Below are positions 36,072-43,296 of a stretch of DNA of 46,982 nt, piece after piece. The DNA is from Polyangiaceae bacterium. Lineage in GTDB: Bacteria; Myxococcota_A; Polyangia; Polyangiales; Houyiibacteriaceae. The notes below the pieces were generated by a model. It was not told where the DNA came from, did not search any database, and saw only the letters and a list, made by a program, of their open reading frames with translations. A program made the translations under genes and the position numbers. The stretch covers positions 1 through 46,982 of the forward strand of contig JALVDI010000044.1 of the NCBI GenBank assembly GCA_027009115.1, read 5' to 3'. Every line of letters begins with the position of its first letter. Position 1 is the stretch's first letter.

Positions 36072-37043
36072 TCAGCGCGACGCCGCGAAGGCCCCGAGCT
36101 CCGCCAGAAGCGCCTCGAGCTGCCCGGGGGAGAGCGCCCCGTCGACGGAGACCGTGTCGCCCTCGGACGCCAGCTCCAACGCCTGCAGCGCCGCCCCGAG
36201 CGTACCGTCGGACGCCTCCTCGACCGCCGCGGCGCGGCGCTCGCGCAGCCAGCTCTCGACCTGCGCGGCGCGCCCCCTCTGTGTGTACCGAAGCCGGAGC
36301 CGTAGACCCAGACCCTCGCCGAGACGCGCGCCAAAGGCCAGCGTGCGGAGGTCCCGCAGCGGTGCCCGAAGGAGCGCCCCGAAGCCCACGCCCCGGTCAA
36401 AGAGGCGCCGCCACGAGCTCGGCACGCGCGCCACGAAGGCCAAGTCCGTCCCCGCGCGCACGGACTCCCAGGCGGCCACGAGCTCCCCATCGGCGAGCAG
36501 CGAGGGCTCCCCACGCACCGTCCGAACGACCTGTGCGACGGCCTCCTCGAGGCCAAAGATCGCGCCGTCGCCCACAAAGGCGATCCGCGACTCGCCCCGG
36601 CGCCCGGCCACCGCGGGCACGCCCTCGACCTCCGTACGCCGAAGCCCGCCTCCCTGCGACTCCACGACCTCGCGCATGCAGGCCCCGAGCGAATCGTGAT
36701 CGAAGGCGCCGCGAGCAGCGAAGACCACGTGATCGAGGGAGCGCGTCTCGGCACCGAGCACGAACACCATCATCTCGTCGAGCGCCGCCGCCGGGTCGAA
36801 GCCGCACTGCTCGCGCAGACGCCGCAAGCCGCGATCGCCGCCGCGATCCGTCACCAGCGTTCGCCAGAGAGGCGAAGCGAGCAGCGCCGCTGGGTCGACG
36901 CGCGCGACCGCGACGGAACCCGCCGGCGCGTTGGCCAGCACCTGCGGACGGAGCCGCGGAGGGCGCGCGCGCCAGTACGCGACCGCGGCCAATACGGAGA
37001 GGAGCACGACGATCGGAACCCACGGGACGCGCTGCCGTTTCAC
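36072..37043 (-). CDS. Hypothetical signal-anchored/secreted protein
   Basis: N-terminal MKRQRVPWVPIVVLLSVLAAVAYW. Coding-like composition. No family recognised. Confidence 0.6.
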   Translation of the reverse strand: MKRQRVPWVPIVVLLSVLAAVAYWRARPPRLRPQVLANAPAGSVAVARVDPAALLASPLWRTLVTDRGGDRGLRRLREQCGFDPAAALDEMMVFVLGAETRSLDHVVFAARGAFDHDSLGACMREVVESQGGGLRRTEVEGVPAVAGRRGESRIAFVGDGAIFGLEEAVAQVVRTVRGEPSLLADGELVAAWESVRAGTDLAFVARVPSSWRRLFDRGVGFGALLRAPLRDLRTLAFGARLGEGLGLRLRLRYTQRGRAAQVESWLRERRAAAVEEASDGTLGAALQALELASEGDTVSVDGALSPGQLEALLAELGAFAASR

Positions 37044-37079
37044 GGGAGCACACCCTAGCAGCGCGTGCTATCGCCCGAC

Positions 37080-37778
37080 ATGCCCTGGCGAACGATGACG
37101 CTGCGAGGCAAGCCCGTGCTGGCGCGCTGCGACGCCTCGGGCGCGCTGACGGTCGACGGAGGACGCGTCGAGATTCGGTACGGGAGGACCAGCCCGAAAG
37201 CCTACCGGGCGGCGCCACGGAACCTCCAACCGGCGGCCGACGCGACCGTCTTCCCCGACGACCATTGCGTGCAAGCCACGGCGCCGAACCCCAGGGGACC
37301 GAGGCGAAAGAAGGCGCCCTCACCCAAGGAGTCCGCCGCCCCGCCGACGACCGCGAGGGAAGGCGAGGCGCTCGGCTACTGCGACGGAGCATGCAGCGGC
37401 AACCCAGGGCCCGCAGGCATCGGCGCAGTCCTGCTTTGGGACGACGAGCGCCTCGTGCTCAGCGAGTACCTGGGACGCGCCACCAACAACATCGCCGAGC
37501 TCACGGCCATCGAGCGCCTCGTGGACAAGGCTCCACGAGGCCGGCCACTGCACATCTACACCGACTCGACCTACAGCATCGGCGTCCTCACCCGCGGGTG
37601 GCGCGCCAAGAAGAACCAGGAGCTCGTCGCCCGGGTCAAAGCCGCCCTTGCCGAGCACGGCGATGTCGCGCTCCACCACGTCCGCGGACACGCCGGCGCC
37701 GAGCTCAACGAGCTCGCCGATCAGCTCGCCGTGCAGGCCGTCGAGTCCCGCAAGAGCACGGGCTGGCTCCGCGCTTGA
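37080..37778 (+). CDS. rnhA: Ribonuclease HI with ~90-aa N-terminal extension
   Basis: C-terminal domain carries the catalytic residues (CDGAC..., NNIAELTAI, YTDSTY, VRGHAG..NELADQLA). I do not recognise the N-terminal extension as the classical hybrid-binding domain. Confidence 0.85.
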   Translation: MPWRTMTLRGKPVLARCDASGALTVDGGRVEIRYGRTSPKAYRAAPRNLQPAADATVFPDDHCVQATAPNPRGPRRKKAPSPKESAAPPTTAREGEALGYCDGACSGNPGPAGIGAVLLWDDERLVLSEYLGRATNNIAELTAIERLVDKAPRGRPLHIYTDSTYSIGVLTRGWRAKKNQELVARVKAALAEHGDVALHHVRGHAGAELNELADQLAVQAVESRKSTGWLRA

Positions 37779-37842
37779 GGCCCGTCTCAAGATCCCTCGG
37801 CGTCGCTGTGCGGCCTGCGCGCCTCTGCCGCCACCTCTCCCC

Positions 37843-37905
37843 TCAAGAATGCTCCCCTCGCCTCGCGGATGCGCCAGCGGTCCCGCGTCCACGGATCGAT
37901 CGACC
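37843..37905 (-). repeat. Possible degenerate fourth copy of the dispersed intergenic repeat (same orientation as copy A)
   Basis: CAAGAAT..CCTCGCC ... CGCGTCCACGGATCGATCG aligns by eye, with gaps, to copy A (CAAGAATCTTCGAGACTTCCTCGCC ... CGCGATCCATCACGGTCGATCG). Confidence 0.35.
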
Positions 37906-38103
37906 TTCGCTGTTGCGATGGGCTGTAGCCGTCCGCCCCAGCACCAACCGTGGCGAATCGCGGTCGGGTGCAAGCCCCCGCATGAAGCAGCCGGCCGTGA
38001 ACATCCCGGAGGCGCACGGAGAGGCGCTTCGACGGAGGGTTCGCGGTGCACGACGAGCCTCGGCGCCGCACAGCCAGCGTGTGCTTCGTGGTAAACCCGC
38101 CCC

Positions 38104-39567
38104 ATGGAGCAGCCTGCCGCCGCGCCGCGCCGCGCCATCCCGCCATGGCTCTTGGCGGTGGCGGCCGTCGCCGTCGTGGGGTGGCTGCTCTTCGCGCTCC
38201 GCGCGGTCCTGACACCGATCTTCTTCGCCTTCCTGATCGCGTACATGCTCGACCCGATCGTCGATCGGCTCGAAACGCTCAGGCTGCCTCGGGCCGCGGC
38301 GATCACCGTGCTGCTGGCGCTCGTGCTCGGGAGCCTCGGGGTGCTCCTGCTGCTCGTCCTGCCCAGCGTGCTCAGTGACATCGCCGACGTCTTCCGGGAG
38401 CTTCCACTGGCGGCGCAACGCCTGCGGCGGCAGTGGGAGCCGATCCTCGCGAGCTACGGGGTACCCGTACCTCACTCGCTCTCGGAGGCCCTGGAGCAGC
38501 TCTCGTCCGACACCCAAGACCTCGCGCGCCAGGCAGTCGCGCCCGCCGCCGCTGCCATCCGTGGAATCGTCGGAGGCACAGCCAACGCGGTCGCCGCGGT
38601 CGTCGGACTGTTGGTCGTGCCGGTCTTCTCGTTCTACCTGCTCTACGACTTCGATCGCATGATCGCCGCCCTCGGCGACCTCGTGCCCCTCCGGTACCGG
38701 CGGACGGTCTTCCAGCTCGCCGCCGAAGTCGACGAGGTCGTCGGCCAGTGGGTCCGAGGTCAGGTCGTCGTGATGCTCTGCCTGACCGCGCTCTACGCCG
38801 TGGGCTACTCGATCTTGGGCGTGCGACTGGCGATCCCCATCGCGCTCGTCGCCGGCCTCCTCTCCTTCATCCCCTACCTCGGCGGCGGCCTCGCCCTCGG
38901 GCTGGCGCTCGCGATGTGCGCCTTCGACTTCCAGGGATGGAAGCAAGTCGGCGGAGTCGTCGGCGTCTACGCGGCCGTCCAGGTCCTCGAAGGCTTCGTG
39001 ATCACGCCGAAGGTCGTCGGCGAGAAGGTGGGCCTCAGCGCGGTCTGGGTCCTCTTCGCGCTCATGGTCGCCGGCGAAGTCTTCGGTTTCCTCGGCGTGC
39101 TCCTCGCGGTCCCCGGGGCCGCCGTCTGCAAGATCTTCATCGTCCGCGCGATCGAGGCCTACCGGCGCAGCGAGCTCTATCTTCGCCCGGCCGCCGAACC
39201 CCAGGCAGAGGACACCACCAACGAAGAGTCGCCGCCGAAGAACCATCCCCTCCGCGCGGGCGACGGGACCGCCGAGCCCGCCGATCCTGGGCACGCCCCG
39301 GCCGCAGACCGCACCGGGGAACGCGGCGCCGAAGCCGAGGAGGCCGAGGAAGGGCCGAGGGCAGCGGATCTGCCGGCCACGGAAAGCACGGACGAGGCCG
39401 CCGACGGCCCCTCCAACGCAACGGACGACGCGACCGACACCGATGCGACCGACACCGACGCGACCGACACCGACGCGACCGACACCGACGCGACCGACAC
39501 CGACGCGACCGACACCGAGCCGGACGACACCGACGCGACCGACACGGATCGGACAGCTTCCCACTGA
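38104..39567 (+). CDS. AI-2E family transporter (PerM/UPF0118) with long acidic low-complexity C-terminal tail
   Basis: Multiple TM segments. N-terminal IFFAFLIAYMLDP and C-terminal VLLAVP motifs are typical of the family. The ~140-aa tail ends in DATDT repeats. Confidence 0.85.
   Translation: MEQPAAAPRRAIPPWLLAVAAVAVVGWLLFALRAVLTPIFFAFLIAYMLDPIVDRLETLRLPRAAAITVLLALVLGSLGVLLLLVLPSVLSDIADVFRELPLAAQRLRRQWEPILASYGVPVPHSLSEALEQLSSDTQDLARQAVAPAAAAIRGIVGGTANAVAAVVGLLVVPVFSFYLLYDFDRMIAALGDLVPLRYRRTVFQLAAEVDEVVGQWVRGQVVVMLCLTALYAVGYSILGVRLAIPIALVAGLLSFIPYLGGGLALGLALAMCAFDFQGWKQVGGVVGVYAAVQVLEGFVITPKVVGEKVGLSAVWVLFALMVAGEVFGFLGVLLAVPGAAVCKIFIVRAIEAYRRSELYLRPAAEPQAEDTTNEESPPKNHPLRAGDGTAEPADPGHAPAADRTGERGAEAEEAEEGPRAADLPATESTDEAADGPSNATDDATDTDATDTDATDTDATDTDATDTDATDTEPDDTDATDTDRTASH
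39430..39549 (+). repeat. Tandem 15-bp coding repeat, 8 units (GCGACCGACACCGAC), encoding (DATDT)n
   Basis: Units at 39430, 39445, 39460, 39475, 39490 and 39505, then 39520 (degenerate) and 39535. In frame within the transporter tail. Confidence 0.95.
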
Positions 39568-39655
39568 CGCGCCCGCTCCGAAGCTGGGCCGAACCACGGG
39601 ACCCCTCGATCGGCGCCCCCGCGCTCAACAGAGTTTGGTAGCGTTGCGCCCAGCC

Positions 39656-41164
39656 ATGCTGAAGATCGACTTCTACGTTCAGCACCTGATGCGTCACAAC
39701 GCCACGGGCGTCGAGCTCGTCTCGGGCAAGCCCGTCAAGTTCCTCTTCCCGACCGGCGATCGGCAGTCCAACAAGCCCATCGAGCACGCTCAGGTCGTCC
39801 AGCTCGTGCAAGAGGCCGCCTCACCGGCCGCCCTCGAAGCGCTGCGTGCGTCGGGTGCCGCGGAGTTCCTGCACAAGTCGTCGGCTGGCCTCGACGTACG
39901 GGTCCAGCTCTTCGCCGCGGCGCCCGGTACGTGGAAAGTGCGCCTGCTTCCGTCCGCGGACGAGACCCCACCGCGCGCCAGCCTCCCCGACGCCGCGCCC
40001 GCCGCTTCCGGCCAGGCGGCGAAGCCGGCCGCCAGGGGCGCCCCCCCTCAGGTCGAGTCGGTCCCCGGCGAGCCCGCGATCAACCGCTACCTTCGCCAGC
40101 TCGTGGCCATGGGCGGCTCGGACCTGCACTTGAGCTCGGATGTCCCGCCGATGCTTCGGGTCGACGGAACCATGAAGAAGATGGATCCGACGGCCCCGCC
40201 GCTCACCCCCGACGAGCTTCTCCGGATGCTCATGGAGATCACCCCGGCGCCCAACAAGGAAGAGTACGAGCGCACGAACGACACCGATTTCGCGCACACC
40301 ATCGAAGGCGTGGCGCGGTTTCGAGCCAACGTCTTCACCGATCGCAAGGGGCCCGGCGCCGTCTTTCGCCAGATCCCGTTCGACATCCTCAGCGTCGAGC
40401 AGATCGGCATTCCCGAAAAGGTCCTCGACCTCTGCTGGCTCTCCAAGGGCCTCGTCCTGGTCACCGGCCCGACAGGCAGCGGCAAGTCGACGACCCTGGC
40501 GACACTCATCGACTACATCAACGACAACCGCGAAGAGCACATCATCACGATCGAAGACCCGATCGAGTTCGTGCACGACAACAAGAAATGCCTGGTCAAC
40601 CAGCGCGAGATCGGGACCCACACCGACTCCTTCAAGAAGGCCCTGCGTGCGGCGCTCCGCGAGGATCCGGACATCGTGCTCGTCGGTGAGATGCGCGACC
40701 TCGAGACCATCGCCATCGCCATCGAAACCGCAGAGACGGGCCACCTCGTGTTCGGGACACTCCACACGACGACGGCCCCGAGCACCGTCGACCGCATCAT
40801 CGACCAGTTCCCTCCGGACCAACAGGAGCAGATCCGCGTCATGCTCTCGGAGTCGCTCCGCGGGGTCATCTCCCAGGTTCTCTGCAAGAAGAAAGGCGGC
40901 GGTCGCGTCGCCGGCTACGAGGTCCTCATCTCCAACTCCGCCGTCTCCAACCTCATCCGCGAGGGGAAGACCTACCAGCTCAAGAGCGTCATGCAGACCG
41001 GCAAGCGGCTGGGCATGCAGACGATGAACGACTGCCTCCTCGAGCACGTGAAGGCCGGACGCGTCGCCCCCGAAGAGGCCTACATCAAATCGAACGACAA
41101 AGCCCTGCTCAAGCAGGCCTTCAAGCAGAACAACATCCCGCTCAACCTCGGCGGCGAGGAGTGA
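39656..41164 (+). CDS. PilT-family type IV pilus retraction-type ATPase with extra degenerate N-terminal domain
   Basis: Walker A GPTGSGKSTT. Asp box and Walker B IVLVGEMRD. His box GHLVFGTLHT. PilT-like AIRNLIRE equivalent AVSNLIREGK. 502 aa from the ATG at 39656, against ~345-370 aa for typical PilT. Confidence 0.88.
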   Translation: MLKIDFYVQHLMRHNATGVELVSGKPVKFLFPTGDRQSNKPIEHAQVVQLVQEAASPAALEALRASGAAEFLHKSSAGLDVRVQLFAAAPGTWKVRLLPSADETPPRASLPDAAPAASGQAAKPAARGAPPQVESVPGEPAINRYLRQLVAMGGSDLHLSSDVPPMLRVDGTMKKMDPTAPPLTPDELLRMLMEITPAPNKEEYERTNDTDFAHTIEGVARFRANVFTDRKGPGAVFRQIPFDILSVEQIGIPEKVLDLCWLSKGLVLVTGPTGSGKSTTLATLIDYINDNREEHIITIEDPIEFVHDNKKCLVNQREIGTHTDSFKKALRAALREDPDIVLVGEMRDLETIAIAIETAETGHLVFGTLHTTTAPSTVDRIIDQFPPDQQEQIRVMLSESLRGVISQVLCKKKGGGRVAGYEVLISNSAVSNLIREGKTYQLKSVMQTGKRLGMQTMNDCLLEHVKAGRVAPEEAYIKSNDKALLKQAFKQNNIPLNLGGEE

Positions 41165-41192
41165 GCGTGCCGCGCCTGCACGGGCCGCGCCC

Positions 41193-42104
41193 ATGTGGAT
41201 CGTAGGCGTCGACGAGAATGGACTCGGTCCGCGCCTCGGCCCCCTCGTAGCCACCGCCCTCACCGTCGAGGTCGATCGCTACGACGCGAGCGCGCTGGAC
41301 GCCGCCGGGGCGGCGCTGAAGCTCGGCGATAGCAAGCGAACCAGCGGCTTTGGACGCATGGCCCGCGCCGAAGCCCTGACCTTGGCGCTCGCCGAAGCCA
41401 CCGGAGCGAAGGTCCCAGGCGACGCCGACGCCCTATTCGAGATCGTGGGCCTCGACCGCGTCGAGACGCTCCGCGCCCGCTGCCCCGACGACAGGACCGC
41501 GCAGCAGTGCTGGACGCCGCTGGCGCTCCCCGCCTTTGGCGGCGAGTTGGCCCACGGCCGCGCGCTCCTGAGCGCTCTGCGCGAGGAAGGGGTCCACGTG
41601 CGGCGTGTGCGCTCCGCGCTCGCCTGCGCCGGCTCCCTCAACGCCGCGCTCGCCGCTGGCTCGTCGAAGCTGCGGGTCGACCTCGCCCTCTTCGAGCGGC
41701 TGATCTTGGACGCCCGCGAGGCAAGCCCCGAAGACGTCACCGCACTCTGCGGCATGGTCGGAGGGATCCGCCGCTACGGCGACTACTTCACCCGACTCCC
41801 CTCCGCCGAGGTGCTCGCTGAGGTCAAAGGCGCGAGCCGCTATCGCGTGCCCGGCATCGGCCACGTGAGCTTCGAAGTGAAGGCCGACGATCGACACCTC
41901 CCCGTCGGTTTGGCGTCGATGGTCGGCAAGTACATCCGCGAGCTGAGCATGGCGCGTCTGGTCGCCTTCTACCGAGCCCAGGCACCCGAACTGCCCCGCG
42001 CGAGCGGGTACCACGACAAGGTCACCGGCCGCTTCGTCGAAGGCAGCCGCGCGCTACGGCGGCGCCTTGCCATCGCGCCGGCCTGCTTCGAGCGGCGCGG
42101 GTGA
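41193..42104 (+). CDS. Divergent RNase HII-like (archaeal-type) protein
   Basis: VGVDENGLGPRLGPLV (cf. G(I/V)DEAGRGPxxGP), GDSKRTS (cf. DSKKL), VKADDRHLPVGLASMVGKYIR (cf. KADDxxPxVSAASIxAKVxR) and ASGYHDKVT (cf. GSGYPSDPxT). Starts 29 nt after the PilT-like stop. Confidence 0.65.
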   Translation: MWIVGVDENGLGPRLGPLVATALTVEVDRYDASALDAAGAALKLGDSKRTSGFGRMARAEALTLALAEATGAKVPGDADALFEIVGLDRVETLRARCPDDRTAQQCWTPLALPAFGGELAHGRALLSALREEGVHVRRVRSALACAGSLNAALAAGSSKLRVDLALFERLILDAREASPEDVTALCGMVGGIRRYGDYFTRLPSAEVLAEVKGASRYRVPGIGHVSFEVKADDRHLPVGLASMVGKYIRELSMARLVAFYRAQAPELPRASGYHDKVTGRFVEGSRALRRRLAIAPACFERRG

Positions 42105-42171
42105 TGGGTCGCCCCCAGGCCTCTCCCTGCACGGCGATACGCGACGCTCGGTCCTGACGGTCCACCTCCCT

Positions 42172-42240
42172 ATCGACCGTGATGGATCGCGGTCGCCAGG
42201 GCGCATGATGCACGCGTAGCGAGGAGGTCTCGAAGGTTTT
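42172..42240 (+). repeat. Dispersed intergenic repeat, copy C
   Basis: Hairpin CGACCGTG-ATGGAT-CGCGGTCG at 42174-42195 (invariant 16-mer at 42181-42196). Box GAGGTCTCGAAGGTTTT at 42224-42240. Confidence 0.8.
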
Positions 42241-42383
42241 CGCGGCCGGATGCGCAGGACACCTGCTTCCGGGCGTGAATGCACGGAAAGGTACGGAGGC
42301 ACGGGCTGCGGAGGCGGGCTGCCGAGCAACCGACCGAGCTTCCTGTCGACAAGGCGGACGAACCACACGACAGGAGGCCCCGA

Positions 42384-43295
42384 ATGCCTGGAACCGATCC
42401 CATCGTTGCTGCGAACCCCGCCCCTCGAACCAACCACATCCCATCCTCCCCGCCCACCGGCAGCTCTCCCCAGCCGCCGAGCGCGGCGGAGGTTCGCGAC
42501 GAGGCGACCGCAGCTCTGACGGCGCTCCAGCACCGCCGCTCCCGGGCCCCGATGTCGCCCGAGAGCGCGATGACGCGCATCGCCACCGTGTTCGAGGCTG
42601 GCCAAGAAGAGGGGCACGCCCTGCGGAGCGTGCGCAAAGCCCTGGACGACAACCCCCGCCTGCTCCGGACCCTCGCAGCCATCCCCGAAGACAGGCTCCT
42701 GAGCACCCTCCGCGACAAGGTCGGCGTTTGGGACGGGGGCGCCCTGGCCGAAGAGATCAAGGACCACATCCGGGCCAGGCTCATCGACTCGGTGCGCCAG
42801 GACGCGTTCCGTCGCGTCGACCAGCAGATCGGCACCCTACAGCGCGCGCGCGCGGAGCTCACGGCGCGGCTGCCCGAGATGGACGCGGGGGAACAGGCGC
42901 AGGCGCAGGCCGCGCTCGCCATCCTCGATCGGGGGATCGAGGGCTACCGCGGGCTCAAGGCACGCCTCTACGGCAATCGCTGGTCGCTCGGCGACTTCCA
43001 ACGCGCCGGGGAGCGCGCCATGCTCTCCAACGGCTTCGCGGCGCGCGGGGTGGCCTGGGAGCTGCTCACCGAGAGCGACCGCACCGCGGACTACGCCCAC
43101 GCCGGCGAGGCAGGGATTCACCTGCTGGTCGACGGCATCGAGCTCGGCCACCTCGCCCACACCTTCGGAGCAGCGTCGGTCGGCGCCGTCCTGGGCGTCG
43201 CCGCGCTCGGCATCGCGGCGGGCATGTACATCCACCACGCCGCCGCCGAGATTCACGCCCACGACGTCGCGCTGGGTCGTAGGCTAGGGCTCTGA
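42384..43295 (+). CDS. Hypothetical protein: Pro-rich N-terminus, helical core, C-terminal Gly/Ala-zipper hydrophobic segment
   Basis: ATG at 42384 is preceded by GGAGG with a 6-nt spacer; the ORF-track start at 42279 was rejected. C-terminal GAASVGAVLGVAALGIAAGMYI. No family recognised. Confidence 0.65.
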   Translation: MPGTDPIVAANPAPRTNHIPSSPPTGSSPQPPSAAEVRDEATAALTALQHRRSRAPMSPESAMTRIATVFEAGQEEGHALRSVRKALDDNPRLLRTLAAIPEDRLLSTLRDKVGVWDGGALAEEIKDHIRARLIDSVRQDAFRRVDQQIGTLQRARAELTARLPEMDAGEQAQAQAALAILDRGIEGYRGLKARLYGNRWSLGDFQRAGERAMLSNGFAARGVAWELLTESDRTADYAHAGEAGIHLLVDGIELGHLAHTFGAASVGAVLGVAALGIAAGMYIHHAAAEIHAHDVALGRRLGL

Positions 43296-43296
43296 C

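Noticed and set aside
37984-37992. GAAGCAGCC string, reminiscent of the SRP (4.5S) RNA domain IV core, in the 325-nt rnhA/transporter gap.
   Set aside because: The flanking sequence lacks the GGAA tetraloop hairpin and the complementary 5' strand. No SRP-like helix can be drawn. I saw no tRNA, tmRNA or RNase P features in any gap.
39430-39549. Regular 15-bp repeats, considered as a possible CRISPR array or non-coding satellite.
   Set aside because: The units are contiguous with no spacers, the period is far too short, and the repeat is in frame inside the AI-2E transporter CDS, encoding DATDT.
42250-42519. 89-aa ORF starting just after repeat copy C (ATGCGC follows the box in both copies B and C), considered as a small protein encoded by the element.
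   Set aside because: Composition is Arg/Pro/Thr-rich. The ORF overlaps the better-supported CDS starting at 42384 (GGAGG SD). The equivalent ORF in copy B is 4 codons long and copy A has none.
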